NCBI GenBank assembly: GCA_022791775.1
Contig: JAAVZT010000013.1
Coordinates: 1 to 62,620 of the forward strand
DNA from: Bacilli bacterium
GTDB taxonomy: Bacteria; Bacillota_I; Bacilli_A; RF39; UBA660
Length of the DNA stretch: 62,620 bases
Direction: 5' to 3'
In this document: piece after piece, positions 7,723 through 18,621 of the stretch
How the letters are laid out: each line of letters starts with the position of its first letter
Numbering within the stretch: the first letter of the stretch is position 1
Translations under genes and position numbers: made by a program
The notes under the pieces: model-generated
Told to the model about the DNA's origin: nothing
What the model saw: only the letters and a program-made list of their open reading frames with translations
Database searches by the model: none

Positions 7723-8232
7723 ATGTTAAAAGAAAATATAAAGTTAATTAGAAAGTCAAAAGGACTTTCACAAGAAGAATTAGCATTCAAATTAAATGTG
7801 GTAAGACAAACGGTATCAAAATGGGAACAAGGATTGTCTGTTCCAGATTCAGAAATGTTAATCACAATATCAGAAGTTTTAGATACCCCAGTAAATATTT
7901 TGCTTGGAGAAAATATTTTGGAATCAAAAGAAAATGATATAAAAGTGATTTCTGAGAAATTAGAAATAATAAATTTGCAATTGTTGCAAAAAAAGAATGC
8001 TAGAAGAAAATTTGTTTTTGGAATGCTCGTTTCTTTATGTGTCATTATTATAATTATTTTTTTCTTTTTCTTGCTATTAAATAGTTTTTATTTAAATTGG
8101 AATTATAATGATCCAGAACAAGCAGTTTTTGGAGTATTGTTTCATTCAATTGAGTGGATATTCGTACGCATAGCACCGGTTATTTTGGCAATATCTATAG
8201 TTGGAATTGTATTAATTAAAAAGCAGGATTAA
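7723..8232 (+). CDS. XRE-family HTH regulator with two C-terminal TM helices
   Basis: IRKSKGLSQEELAFKLNVVRQTVSKWEQGLSVPD; hydrophobic C-terminus; upstream palindrome GTTGCTTGTAGCAAC. Confidence 0.85.
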   Translation: MLKENIKLIRKSKGLSQEELAFKLNVVRQTVSKWEQGLSVPDSEMLITISEVLDTPVNILLGENILESKENDIKVISEKLEIINLQLLQKKNARRKFVFGMLVSLCVIIIIIFFFFLLLNSFYLNWNYNDPEQAVFGVLFHSIEWIFVRIAPVILAISIVGIVLIKKQD

Positions 8233-8397
8233 CATTCTTAGTTCTATTTGTGCGCTGTTTTTGAGTGTGATACATGTTTTTTTGTTTTTATTTGAATATT
8301 TGTAGTTAAAAAAGAAAATATCATTCTGATGTTTTCTTTTTTGCTTAAAAATAATTTGATGAAAATATGTTATAATATTTAATAAGTTGGTGAAGTT

Positions 8398-9546
8398 ATG
8401 AAAAAGATGGGATTGTGGATTTTCGGAATTTGTTTAGGCTTTGGATTCGTTTGGGGATTTTTTATTCTACGTCATTCTCTTTTTCAAAATGAAATCGATA
8501 CAAATCCGTACATAATAGATGGAGAGGTGCCAAAAATAAAAGAAGAAACATATTCTTTAAATTTAGTTATGGTTGGGGATGCTCTGTATCATGATGGAGT
8601 ATATAAAGATGGAATGCAAAAAGATGGTAATTATGATTTTCATAAGCATTTAGCTTGGATAAAGCCCATTATTTCGCAATATGATTTAGCATATTATAAT
8701 CAAGAAAGTATTTTAGGAGGGACAGAAATAGGTTTATCAACTTATCCAAGATTTAATTCTCCTTATGAAGTCGGAGATGCTTTTGTGGATGCTGGATTTA
8801 ATTTAGTTAGTACGGCGAATAATCACACTTTAGATCGGGGAAAACAAGCAGTTTTAAATTCCTATTCTTATTGGCAAAAACAAAGTGGAGTTTTAATGAG
8901 CGGAAGTTGTAATTCTTTTGAATGTCAGGCCAAAATTCCGATTGGAGAAAAAAACGGTATAACTTATGCCTTTTTATCTTATACGACGAGTACAAATGGA
9001 ATTCCTGTTCCCAAAGGGGAAGAGTATTTGGTTAATGTATATTCTAAAGAACGAGTAGAAGCGGATGTTTTAAAAGTAAGAGATCAAGTGGATGTTATTT
9101 TGGTTGCGATGCATTGGGGGAGTGAATACCGTGATTATCCTGTAACTGAACAAACTGAAATTGCTAATTTTTTAGCTAGTCTAAATGTTGATATTGTAAT
9201 TGGAAATCATCCACATGTGATTCAACCGATTGAAAAAATAAATCAAACGCTTGTTTTTTATTCATTTGGAAATTTTATTTCGGCTCAAAATGGACTTGAT
9301 AAGTTAGTTGGACTAATTGGTAGTGTTCAAATTACCAAAACGGTAAAAGGAGAAGAAAAAAAGATTCAAATAGATACGATTCAAACAGGATTAACTTATA
9401 CATCTTATAATTCGAAATATCGTGATTTTAAAGTTTATCCGTTTGAGCAAATAGATACTAATATTTTAACTTCGAAAAATACAGTAGAGCAAAAGAAAAA
9501 ATCTTTAGTAAATAGTTATGGTGTTGAGACTATTTGGCAATCATAA
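8398..9546 (+). CDS. CapA/PGA_cap-family metallophosphoesterase-like protein
   Basis: VGD, NQES, ANNHTLD, HWGSE, GNHPHV, YSFGNF motifs; N-terminal membrane anchor. Confidence 0.85.
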   Translation: MKKMGLWIFGICLGFGFVWGFFILRHSLFQNEIDTNPYIIDGEVPKIKEETYSLNLVMVGDALYHDGVYKDGMQKDGNYDFHKHLAWIKPIISQYDLAYYNQESILGGTEIGLSTYPRFNSPYEVGDAFVDAGFNLVSTANNHTLDRGKQAVLNSYSYWQKQSGVLMSGSCNSFECQAKIPIGEKNGITYAFLSYTTSTNGIPVPKGEEYLVNVYSKERVEADVLKVRDQVDVILVAMHWGSEYRDYPVTEQTEIANFLASLNVDIVIGNHPHVIQPIEKINQTLVFYSFGNFISAQNGLDKLVGLIGSVQITKTVKGEEKKIQIDTIQTGLTYTSYNSKYRDFKVYPFEQIDTNILTSKNTVEQKKKSLVNSYGVETIWQS

Positions 9547-9582
9547 AATAAGTAGTTTTTCGTATAATGTATTGGTGAGGAT

Positions 9583-10080
9583 ATGAAATATCGTGTGGAA
9601 TTACCTTATCCAAGTGTTGCAGAAATACAAAGAAATCCTGAAATTGCTAAGTTAATTATGCATGCTTATGCTGGGGAGGTAAGTGAAGATACAGCAATTC
9701 ATCAATATTTATTTCAAAGTGTAATCTTACAAGAAAAGAATCCAGAAGTATCTAAAATATTAGAGCAAATTAGTGAAGTGGAAATGAGACATTTTCGTTT
9801 ATTAGCAGAAATGATTCGAAATTTGGGAGTTTATCCGATTTATTTAGATCCTAATTTTCATACTTATAATTATTTTACGAGTCGTTATGTTTCGTATGAA
9901 GTAGATTTTAAGTGTCTTTTAAAAGCAGATATCGAAGCAGAGCAGAATGCTATTTTAAATTATGAATCGCTTATTGCTGTTATTTCAGATGAAGCAGTAT
10001 GTAATGTTTTAAGGCGAATTATTTTAGATGAGACTTTACACTTAGAAATTTTTGAAAAGCTATATGCATCTTGTTCCTAG
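9583..10080 (+). CDS. Ferritin-like (Mn-catalase/rubrerythrin/CotJC-like) protein
   Basis: SE.TAI.QY, EMRH, DIEAE..AI..Y, RIILDE.LH di-metal motifs. Confidence 0.8.
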   Translation: MKYRVELPYPSVAEIQRNPEIAKLIMHAYAGEVSEDTAIHQYLFQSVILQEKNPEVSKILEQISEVEMRHFRLLAEMIRNLGVYPIYLDPNFHTYNYFTSRYVSYEVDFKCLLKADIEAEQNAILNYESLIAVISDEAVCNVLRRIILDETLHLEIFEKLYASCS

Positions 10081-10140
10081 AAAAAAGTTTTCCTTTTTTC
10101 TTTTTTTTGTTATAATGAGGGAAAATAAGGAGGGGTTCTT

Positions 10141-11661
10141 ATGTATGATGTAATTGTGATTGGAGCAGGTAATGGGGGACTTGTTAGTGCGCTTACTTTG
10201 CAAAGGCAAGGAAAAAAAGTGCTTTTGCTTGAAAAAAATGCTGAGGTAGGAGGGGTAGCTACTAGTTTTGTTCGTGGTCGTTTTGAATTTGAAGCTTCTT
10301 TGTATGGTTTTTTTGATTATGGAGTGAAGGAGCAGCATGGAGCTTTATATGATCTATTTGAAAAACTTCATTTAACGGATAAGATCGATTTTGAATCTAC
10401 GAAAGAGGTTCAAATTGTAACTTCTAACGAAAAATATCGTTTGCCTTTTGGTATTCCAAATTTTTTACGGCAGATGGAAGAATATGTCCCTGGTTCAAGT
10501 AGTAGCATAGAACGTTTTTTGGAATGGGGAAAAGAAGCTTCTTCTGTTCTTTCCTATCTTATGGATTCTCCTTTTGAAGAAGCAATAATATTGGAGAAAT
10601 TTCCCCATTTTGCCATATTTGCTTCTCTTTCCACGTTAGAAGGATTTGAAAAGTTAGAAATACCCAAGAAGGCACAAGAATTATTAAGTACTTTTTGGAT
10701 TTATTTTGGAAGTCCTATTAAAATGCTTTCGTTTGTTCATTTTGCTTCTTTTTTCTATTCTTATATTTGTAATGGTGGTTTTATTCCGAAAGAAAGAAGT
10801 CATGCGATTAGCTTGCTTTTAGCAGAAGAGTTTGAAGCTCTTGGTGGGACGATTCGGTGTTTGTCGAAAGTGCAGGAAATATTGTTGCAAGAACAAGAAA
10901 TTTCTGGAGTTTTATGTGAAGATGGAGAGTTATTTTATAGTAAGCATCTAATAGCTAATATGAGTCCAAATCAATTTTATGGGTCCTTATTGCCAATGGA
11001 ATCTCGAACAAAGCGTATGAATCAAATTTGTAATGCGAGAACGATTGGACCTCGCTCCTTGGTTGTCTATTTGGGACTTAATAAAAGTGCCACAGATCTT
11101 GGTCTTCATCATTATTGTTATTTTTTCCCTGATTGTTTTGACTTAAATTTAAATTATAAAGATTTGAGTTTTTGTAGAAAAGATGGAGTTGCATATGTAT
11201 TAAATCAGGTCAATTCCAATGGTTCAGTCTCAAATACGACCATTCTTTGTTTGGAGATGATTTTTTTCGATTCTTCTTCTAATGTTTTTTCTGAATCTAA
11301 TTATTTTGAAAAGAAAAATGAAATGGCACGAGAATTAATAGAAATTTTTGAAAATACACTTCATGTAGATATTCAAAGTTCTATTGAAGAAATTGAAATA
11401 GCTACTCCAGTTACGTTTGCGTATTATACTGGTCATCCAGATGGAACTCATTTTGGCTATATGGCAAGAGGGTATGATAATTTGATGGCGCGTTTTTTAC
11501 ATGAAACAGAGGAAAACTATCTTAAAAATATGCATTTTTGTGGAAGTTTTGGAAGTTTGCTTTCTTCTTATCATTCTAGTTATTTAAGTGGTTATAGGGC
11601 TGCTATTAATACTTTAAAGGATATTGGAACAGAAGGAGAAATATATGAAAGAGAATGCTAA
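10141..11661 (+). CDS. Phytoene-desaturase-like FAD-dependent oxidoreductase
   Basis: DVIVIGAGNGGL, GG..TSFVRGRFEFE, IATPVTF..YTG..G..FG. Confidence 0.8.
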   Translation: MYDVIVIGAGNGGLVSALTLQRQGKKVLLLEKNAEVGGVATSFVRGRFEFEASLYGFFDYGVKEQHGALYDLFEKLHLTDKIDFESTKEVQIVTSNEKYRLPFGIPNFLRQMEEYVPGSSSSIERFLEWGKEASSVLSYLMDSPFEEAIILEKFPHFAIFASLSTLEGFEKLEIPKKAQELLSTFWIYFGSPIKMLSFVHFASFFYSYICNGGFIPKERSHAISLLLAEEFEALGGTIRCLSKVQEILLQEQEISGVLCEDGELFYSKHLIANMSPNQFYGSLLPMESRTKRMNQICNARTIGPRSLVVYLGLNKSATDLGLHHYCYFFPDCFDLNLNYKDLSFCRKDGVAYVLNQVNSNGSVSNTTILCLEMIFFDSSSNVFSESNYFEKKNEMARELIEIFENTLHVDIQSSIEEIEIATPVTFAYYTGHPDGTHFGYMARGYDNLMARFLHETEENYLKNMHFCGSFGSLLSSYHSSYLSGYRAAINTLKDIGTEGEIYEREC

Positions 11662-12784
11662 TTTCAATAAGTTAAAAAAATATGTGGAAGAACGAGAAAA
11701 ATGTATTAAAGAAGCAAGTTCTAAGCCTGTTTCTTTTGATTATTTTGCTAATCAATATGCACAAAATTTTTACTATGGACGTATGATTGTGCGGATTAAA
11801 AATATTATTTTAGAAACACAAGATACGAAAACGTTTGTATTGGAACCTGATGTAGATCGTGGTTATCATTCTTTTTTCGACTATCGTCCAGGACAATTTG
11901 TAACTGTAGAAATGGTAATTCATGGAAATCATTATCGACGTGCTTATTCTATTTCTAATTATTCTAAAAATTCTAAGGAAATTACGATTACAATCAAACG
12001 TCTTTTTAATGGATTAGTATCTAGTTATTTCTTTTATGAAGCTAGGATTGGTGATACTTTTTTCTTGGATGGACCTTATGGAGAATTTTATTATCAACCA
12101 CTTCGAGATGCTAAACATATTTTGGCTGTTGTCGGAGGAAGTGGAATTACTCCCATTTTTTCAATGGCCTGTGCGATTTATGAAGGAGTTATGGATTGTG
12201 ATTTAACGATATTATATGGTGCAAAAACTAGTTCGGATATTATTTTTTATGATCGATTAAAAGAAATGATGGAGAAAAATGAACGCATTAAAGTGGTATA
12301 TCTTTTAAGTCAGGAAGAAAAAGATGGATTTTTACAGGGATTGGTTACGAAAGAACTTCTTGAATCTTATCAAAAGGAAGAGAATAGCTATTATGTTTGT
12401 GGTCCAAAAGCTTTATATGAACATATGAATATTCTTTTAAAAGAACTTGGTGTATCGAATCAAGCCATTCGTCATGATTATTATGCTAATTTTTTACCAG
12501 CGGTTCAGGAACAGAACTATGAAGTAAGGGTAATAACAAATGGTCAAGAAAAGGTTTTGTTTTGTAAAGGAAACGAAACATTATCCGAAGCTTTTGAACG
12601 ATTTGGAATTTCCAATTTAAAAGTTTGTGGTGTAGGGGTTTGTGGATTTTGTCGTAGCAAATTATTAGAGGGAGAAGTTCTTACAAATACGCAATACGTA
12701 AGAGTAGCTGATCAAAAATATCATTTTATTCATCCTTGTGCGACTTATCCATTGTCAAATTTAAAGATAAAGTTACCAAAATAA
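11645..12784 (+). CDS. FNR-type FAD/NAD(P) oxidoreductase with C-terminal 2Fe-2S domain
   Basis: RPGQF, RAYSIS, GLVS, GPYGEF, GGSGITP, YVCGP, CGVGVCGFC...C; ATG at 11645. Confidence 0.85.
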   Translation: MKENANFNKLKKYVEEREKCIKEASSKPVSFDYFANQYAQNFYYGRMIVRIKNIILETQDTKTFVLEPDVDRGYHSFFDYRPGQFVTVEMVIHGNHYRRAYSISNYSKNSKEITITIKRLFNGLVSSYFFYEARIGDTFFLDGPYGEFYYQPLRDAKHILAVVGGSGITPIFSMACAIYEGVMDCDLTILYGAKTSSDIIFYDRLKEMMEKNERIKVVYLLSQEEKDGFLQGLVTKELLESYQKEENSYYVCGPKALYEHMNILLKELGVSNQAIRHDYYANFLPAVQEQNYEVRVITNGQEKVLFCKGNETLSEAFERFGISNLKVCGVGVCGFCRSKLLEGEVLTNTQYVRVADQKYHFIHPCATYPLSNLKIKLPK

Positions 12785-12832
12785 TGGTTTCTTTTTTTCA
12801 AAAATCATTGTTATAATGATTTGGGTGGTATC

Positions 12833-14002
12833 ATGAAACAACAAAATTTTGAAAAGATATGTGAAAATATGCGAAATAAAAATCATTGGTTAAGTGAATT
12901 TGCGACTCAAGATGTGGAAGCAATTCGTTTTTTTAAAGAAGAGGAAGACTTTCGTCCAGCTTTTTTTCGGGATGTCGATCAAATTTTGTCTTCTATGGCT
13001 TATACACGATATATGGATAAGACGCAGGTGTTTTCGTATCAAGAGAATGAACACATTTCCAAACGAATGATTCATGTCCAATTAGTTAGTAAAATTGGAA
13101 GAACAATTGGAAGAGCCTTGGGTCTTAATGAAGATTTAATTGAAGCTGCCGCTTTGGCACATGATCTTGGGCATGTCCCTTTTGGGCATGTTGGAGAAAC
13201 GATTTTAAATCAAATTAGTTTGGAACATCATGAAGGTTATTTTCATCATAATATTCAGAGTGTGCGGCTTTTAATGGAAATTGAAAAAGGGGGAAAAGGA
13301 CGCAATTTAACTTTGCAAGTTTTAGATGCTGTGATGTGTCATAATGGTGAGTTTGTGGCTCAAAATTATGTTCCAAGGTCAAAAACGAAAGAGGAATTTC
13401 TAAAAGAATATCAACTTTCTTATCAAGATTCTAAGTTTGTGTCCCATTTAATTCCCATGACTTTAGAGGGCTGTGTAGTTCGAATTAGCGATATCATTGC
13501 TTATTTAGGACGTGATATTAATGATGCTTGTGCTTTGCAAGTTTTTGATAAAAAAGATTTGCCTTCTTCTATTACCAGTGTTCTAGGTATTCATAATGCA
13601 GAAATGATTGACACCATTATTATGGATATCATTCAAAATAGTTTGTCAAAAAATGCGATTTGTATGAGTGAAGAAATTTATCAAGCGATAAAAGATTTAA
13701 AACAATATAATATGGAACATATTTATTTAAAGGCAAATCCAAAAGAAAATTGGAGACGTTATGAAACGATGTTTCGAACTGTGTTTGAAGCGTCTTTATC
13801 TTCTTTAGAACAGCAAGATGAAAAGAGTGCAATTTATCAAAATTTTTTGAAATTTAAAAGTTCTGATTATATTCAAAAAAATAGTAAGGCTAGAATTGCT
13901 ATCGATTATTTAGCAGGGATGACAGATAATTATTTGCTCCGTGAGTATTCTCATTATAAAGGAAAAAAAAGCGGTTATAATAAAAAAGAGGTGAAAGAAT
14001 GA
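12833..14002 (+). CDS. dGTP triphosphohydrolase-like HD-domain protein
   Basis: KTQVF, R..H, HDLGHVPFGH.GE, HN, D.IAY, DYLAGMTD. Confidence 0.85.
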   Translation: MKQQNFEKICENMRNKNHWLSEFATQDVEAIRFFKEEEDFRPAFFRDVDQILSSMAYTRYMDKTQVFSYQENEHISKRMIHVQLVSKIGRTIGRALGLNEDLIEAAALAHDLGHVPFGHVGETILNQISLEHHEGYFHHNIQSVRLLMEIEKGGKGRNLTLQVLDAVMCHNGEFVAQNYVPRSKTKEEFLKEYQLSYQDSKFVSHLIPMTLEGCVVRISDIIAYLGRDINDACALQVFDKKDLPSSITSVLGIHNAEMIDTIIMDIIQNSLSKNAICMSEEIYQAIKDLKQYNMEHIYLKANPKENWRRYETMFRTVFEASLSSLEQQDEKSAIYQNFLKFKSSDYIQKNSKARIAIDYLAGMTDNYLLREYSHYKGKKSGYNKKEVKE

Positions 14003-15291
14003 CTTATAAAAAATATGAATATGATTCGTTTCGAATTTTTGCTGTGGAAACAGATCAATTTAAAAATTGTCATATTGAAGTAGTTTTTCAAGGGGATGCT
14101 ACTAAACAGTCATTAACTGAAAGCACGTTTCTTTCCGAAATGATTAGTTTTACATCAAAACAATTTCCAACTCGTAAAGAATTTATGATTCGTTTAGAAG
14201 AACTTTATAATGCGTATTTATATAGTGTTACAACGAAAGTCGGTAAGACTTTGTTAACCAATTTTGTCTTTGATTTTTTAGATCCTCAATATGTCACGCA
14301 AAAAGAATATTTACAAGAATGTCTTTCTTTTTTGTTTGATGTTTTAATGCACCCGAATGTTAAGAATCAAGCTTTTGATTTAAAAGCTTATCAAATTATT
14401 CAAAGTCATTTAAAGAGTGATATTCAAAGTATGAAGGAAAATCCAACCAATTATGCGTTACGTAGATCTTTGCAAGAATTATTTCCTAATAGTATCAGTA
14501 GTAAAAATATTTTAGGAAATTTAGAAGAATTGAAAGAAATATCACCTGAGTCTTTAGGTGTCGCTTATGAAAAAATGTGGGAAGAAAATTATTGTGATAT
14601 TTATATTATTGGTAACTTAAATATGGATCAAATTTCTAAAATGATTTTAAAGTTATTTCAAAATCCGGTTATTAAAACTCATCCGAATGAAATATATGTG
14701 GGTAATCCTAAAGTACGAAAATGTAAAAAAGTAGTGGAAGAAGGTAAATTTGTTCAAAGTAATCTTGTAGTGGCTTATCAAATGCAGGATTTCATTCAAA
14801 AAGATTATGATGCGGTATTAAGTGTTTTTCAGGAAATATTTTGTGGTTCTAGTTTGAATTCGAAATTATATCAATATTTAAGAAACGATCATTCCTTATG
14901 CTATCGAATTCAGACCGTGTATCAAAAGTATGATGGGGCATTATTAATAGCAGTTGGACTTCAGAGTCAACATAAAGATTTAGCAGTTAAATTGATTCAA
15001 AAAGCTATGAAAGAAATGGCAAAAGGAGAATTTACAGACGAAGAGATTGAAATGGCTAAGAAACAGTTATCTTTTGCTATTAAGATGTCTTTTGATAATC
15101 AAAATAGTATCATTAATAATTATGTCTTTCATAATTTGGCCAAAGTTCCACTTTTAAAAGAACGACAAAAATTGATTCAAGAAGTAACCAAAGCCGATAT
15201 TATGAAACTTGCAAAAAAGTTAAAATTAGGATTAGTTTATGAATTAAAGGAGAATGGTCATGAAGAAGATTCCTCTAAAGGGCTTAAATGA
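13999..15291 (+). CDS. M16 peptidase-like protein, non-catalytic subunit (YmfF-like)
   Basis: M16 fold without HxxEH; S.L...LR....LCY; paired with the next gene. Confidence 0.75.
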   Translation: MTYKKYEYDSFRIFAVETDQFKNCHIEVVFQGDATKQSLTESTFLSEMISFTSKQFPTRKEFMIRLEELYNAYLYSVTTKVGKTLLTNFVFDFLDPQYVTQKEYLQECLSFLFDVLMHPNVKNQAFDLKAYQIIQSHLKSDIQSMKENPTNYALRRSLQELFPNSISSKNILGNLEELKEISPESLGVAYEKMWEENYCDIYIIGNLNMDQISKMILKLFQNPVIKTHPNEIYVGNPKVRKCKKVVEEGKFVQSNLVVAYQMQDFIQKDYDAVLSVFQEIFCGSSLNSKLYQYLRNDHSLCYRIQTVYQKYDGALLIAVGLQSQHKDLAVKLIQKAMKEMAKGEFTDEEIEMAKKQLSFAIKMSFDNQNSIINNYVFHNLAKVPLLKERQKLIQEVTKADIMKLAKKLKLGLVYELKENGHEEDSSKGLK

Positions 15292-16531
15292 AATAGTTTA
15301 TTATGATGAGTGTGAGAATGGTTTACCAATTCTTTTATGGCCTCATGAGAAAGCTCAAGGTTATTATCTTACATTATCTGTCAAATATGGTTCTTTGCAT
15401 ACTGAATTTCGTAAAGGAAATAAGAATTATCAAGTTCCAAATGGAGTTGCTCATTTTTTAGAACATTTAAATTTTCAAGAAGAAGATGGAGATGCACAAA
15501 CTTTTTATCAAAAGAATGGAAGCGATGTGAATGCTTTTACTACTTTTTTATATACTTCTTATGAAGTGTATGGGTCGGATTTTTTAAAAGAAAATTTAGA
15601 GCATTTATTAGATTTTGTTATGACTCCATATTTTGATCAGAAAATGGTACAGAATGAAAAAAATATTATAGTGGAAGAAAATAAAATGGATTTAGATAAT
15701 CCAGCTAATATGCTTTATTATGGAATGTATCGTAATTTATTTAAGAAAGATAAGCATCAATATTACATTACTGGAGAAAAGAAAGATATTTTAAAAACAA
15801 CTTTAGAAGATATTCAACTTGTTTATGATACTTTTTATCATCCAGCCAATATGTTTTTAATTGTAACAGGCCAGTTCAATCCATATGAAGTAGTTCATAT
15901 TGTAAAAGAGAATCAAAAGATGAAAGATTTTCCTACTTGGACTAATCCAAAATTTAAGGAAATAAAAGAACCCGCTAAAATTGTGAAAGAATATGAAGAG
16001 ATTTTTACGAATGTTGAAATTCCGAAAATTCGATTGGGAATTAAAATTCCAAGAAAGCAATTTAAAGAATCCGATAATGTCAAGTTACGTTTTTTGTTAA
16101 CGCTTATTTTAAATAGTAATTTTGGTTCAACTTCTGATTTATATGAAGAGTTAATGGAACAGGATTTAATTGTTGGTTTAAGTACTGAAAAAACAATTGT
16201 TGGTGATTATGTTGTAATCTTTGTAAATGCAGAAACAAAATATCCAGATGAAGTAATTCCACTTTTAAAACAAGCATTTCAGCATTTAAAAATGGATGAA
16301 AAAACATTGAATCGAAAGTTACATTCTGCAATTGCTAACATGGTTTTAGGTTATGATGATATTGTAGAAGTAAATTCAGGTTTACAAGAGCAGATCATTT
16401 ATTATGGTAAAGTATTAGAAGATCAAAAAGAGCTTTTAAATTCGCTTACTTTAGAAGATGTTCATAATGTGATTTCCAGTATTCGTGTGAAAGAAATGTC
16501 TACAATGGTGTTAAAGCCAAATAAAAATTAA
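15260..16531 (+). CDS. M16 zinc peptidase (YmfH-like)
   Basis: GVAHFLEH, NAFT, FYHPANM. Confidence 0.85.
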   Translation: MKKIPLKGLNEIVYYDECENGLPILLWPHEKAQGYYLTLSVKYGSLHTEFRKGNKNYQVPNGVAHFLEHLNFQEEDGDAQTFYQKNGSDVNAFTTFLYTSYEVYGSDFLKENLEHLLDFVMTPYFDQKMVQNEKNIIVEENKMDLDNPANMLYYGMYRNLFKKDKHQYYITGEKKDILKTTLEDIQLVYDTFYHPANMFLIVTGQFNPYEVVHIVKENQKMKDFPTWTNPKFKEIKEPAKIVKEYEEIFTNVEIPKIRLGIKIPRKQFKESDNVKLRFLLTLILNSNFGSTSDLYEELMEQDLIVGLSTEKTIVGDYVVIFVNAETKYPDEVIPLLKQAFQHLKMDEKTLNRKLHSAIANMVLGYDDIVEVNSGLQEQIIYYGKVLEDQKELLNSLTLEDVHNVISSIRVKEMSTMVLKPNKN

Positions 16532-16978
16532 AAATAACCCTCACAGTTTTTTAATAGGGGTTATTTTTAATTGAATTTTAGTTATTTATAATTATTTAAT
16601 CTAATTATTCTAAAAGTTTCTTTTTTGCAAAACGAATTTTTTCGTTCTATATTCATCATATTTATCATGTCTTGTTTTCATATTTATTAAATTCTTCTTG
16701 GCTTAAGTCCTTGACAAAATTGTCAAAATAATATATGGGATCTTTTCCCATTTCCAACTAATTGTCCCTCTTCTAATTGGGGAATGTCTGCATACTAAAA
16801 GTATTTTCTTCCAAGTTTCGTTTGGTTCTTTATCGGATTGTTTGTTAATGGTTGTCATACATGTAGATTTAATTTTTTTTCAATTAATATCTAAGTATGT
16901 TACTTAGTATAAGTATATATTTTTCCATTTTATTTCTCTTTTTGTAAATATAAAAGTGAATTTAATTTCTTGATGGAA

Positions 16979-17341
16979 CTATTTTAGTTGATTAAATATT
17001 TCTTCCAAAGGTTTTATTTTCGATTGGTTGTGATAATTTGGTAGAAGATGAAGGTGAACATGTTTTATTTCTTGAGATGTACCATAATTCATTTGAAGTG
17101 TCATGCCCGTTTTGTTTAATTTCGATAATACAGTGTTTGTCAGTTCTTCGGTAACCTTTTTCATGTGCAGTAGTGTTTCATTGTCTAAATCAAAATAAGT
17201 TTCCACATGTTTTTTGGGAATAAGTAAAGTGTGTCCATTACAATTTGGATGAATATCTAAAAAAGCAATTACTTTCTCATCTTCATAAATAATTTTACTT
17301 GGAATTTCTTTTTGAGCAATTTTACAAAATAAACAATTCAT
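16979..17341 (-). CDS. HIT-family nucleotide hydrolase
   Basis: CLFCKI, GHTLLIPKKH, HVHLH triad. Confidence 0.92.
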   Translation of the reverse strand: MNCLFCKIAQKEIPSKIIYEDEKVIAFLDIHPNCNGHTLLIPKKHVETYFDLDNETLLHMKKVTEELTNTVLSKLNKTGMTLQMNYGTSQEIKHVHLHLLPNYHNQSKIKPLEEIFNQLK

Positions 17342-17446
17342 AATTTTCTCTCCTTTTCTTTATTTTAACACATAACGCTTAGATTTTGCTTCGAAATTTT
17401 GAAACATATCTAGGATATTTGCATAGATTAAATTAGGAGGTATTCT

Positions 17447-17971
17447 ATGGCAAGTTATAAAGAGATCGTTACCAAAGCGGTGATTGGAAAGGCTAAGAAA
17501 ACCACAACTTCAAGTTTTTCTTTAACTCCTAATGAAAGACCTGATACGGTTCTTGGTTGTTGGGTGATTAATCATAGTTTTCAAGGTCGAAGTCGGGGTG
17601 GCGCTATTATCATTGATGGAGAGTTTGATGTAAATGTTTGGTATTCTTATGAAAATGATACGAAAACAACGGTAAGTTCTTCGAGGTATCAATATAGTGA
17701 TCGAATGAATATTCGTTTGAAAGATGATAGTCCATTGACTGATTCTTCGGAAATTTTAGTACGAAGTTTAAAACAACCAACGGTGACGAATGTAAATGTC
17801 GATAATGGGGTTGTTAAATTAGATATTGAAAAAGAATTAGGGGTAGAAGTAGTTGGAAATACAAAATTAAAAGTTCCAGTGGAAGATTTAGAAGATGAAT
17901 ATGATGAAATATATGATGAAGATGATATGAATGAGTCTTTAGAACAAGTAGATGAAAATTATTTAGATTAA
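17447..17971 (+). CDS. cotE: Outer spore coat morphogenetic protein CotE
   Basis: YKEIVTKAVIGK, VLGCWVINH, DVNVWYSY, acidic tail; CATAGATTA box at 17422. Confidence 0.92.
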   Translation: MASYKEIVTKAVIGKAKKTTTSSFSLTPNERPDTVLGCWVINHSFQGRSRGGAIIIDGEFDVNVWYSYENDTKTTVSSSRYQYSDRMNIRLKDDSPLTDSSEILVRSLKQPTVTNVNVDNGVVKLDIEKELGVEVVGNTKLKVPVEDLEDEYDEIYDEDDMNESLEQVDENYLD

Positions 17972-18050
17972 TGAAGCGTCAACCAAAAAAGGTTGACACG
18001 TTTTTTCTCTCATGATATGATGAATGAGATATCAGAAAGGAGCAATTATT

Positions 18051-18329
18051 ATGGCAGTTAAATTAAGATTAAAAAGAATGGGTTCTAAACAAAAACCATT
18101 TTACCGTATTGTTGCTGCAGATGCTAGAAGTCCAAGAGATGGTAAGTTTTTAGAAACAGTTGGAACTTATGATCCAATTAAGGGTGCTGATGTGGTTACT
18201 TTAAAAGAGGATCGTGTATTATATTGGATGCAAAATGGCGCATTACCAACAGATACCGTACGAAGTATTTTAAGTAAACAAGGTATTATGAAAAAATTTG
18301 CAGAGTCTAAAGTAAAAGCAGGGAAGTAA
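18051..18329 (+). CDS. rpsP: 30S ribosomal protein S16
   Basis: [29 protein letters not shown]; ATG at 18051 after AAGGAG. Confidence 0.97.
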   Translation: MAVKLRLKRMGSKQKPFYRIVAADARSPRDGKFLETVGTYDPIKGADVVTLKEDRVLYWMQNGALPTDTVRSILSKQGIMKKFAESKVKAGK

Positions 18330-18571
18330 TGGATTTAGTTCTTTATTCAGAATTTGTAATAAAAAATATTTGTAAAAATCCAAATGTTGTAAAAGTGAAA
18401 AGTACGCAAGAAGATTCTGTGACTATTTTAGAAGTTATGGTTTCGGAAGCAGATATGGGTTCGGTGATTGGAAAGGCTGGTCGAGTAGCTCAATCTCTTC
18501 GTGTTTTGATTCAAGCTTATGCATATTTACATGATCTTGGAAAGGTACGAATTAATATTGAATCATTTTAA
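18329..18571 (+). CDS. khpA: KH-domain RNA-binding protein KhpA
   Basis: DMGSVIGKAGR; canonical position after rpsP. Confidence 0.85.
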   Translation: MDLVLYSEFVIKNICKNPNVVKVKSTQEDSVTILEVMVSEADMGSVIGKAGRVAQSLRVLIQAYAYLHDLGKVRINIESF

Positions 18572-18621
18572 AATGATTCTTTTTATTTTAATTTTATATT
18601 TTTGTGATATGATTAAAATAG

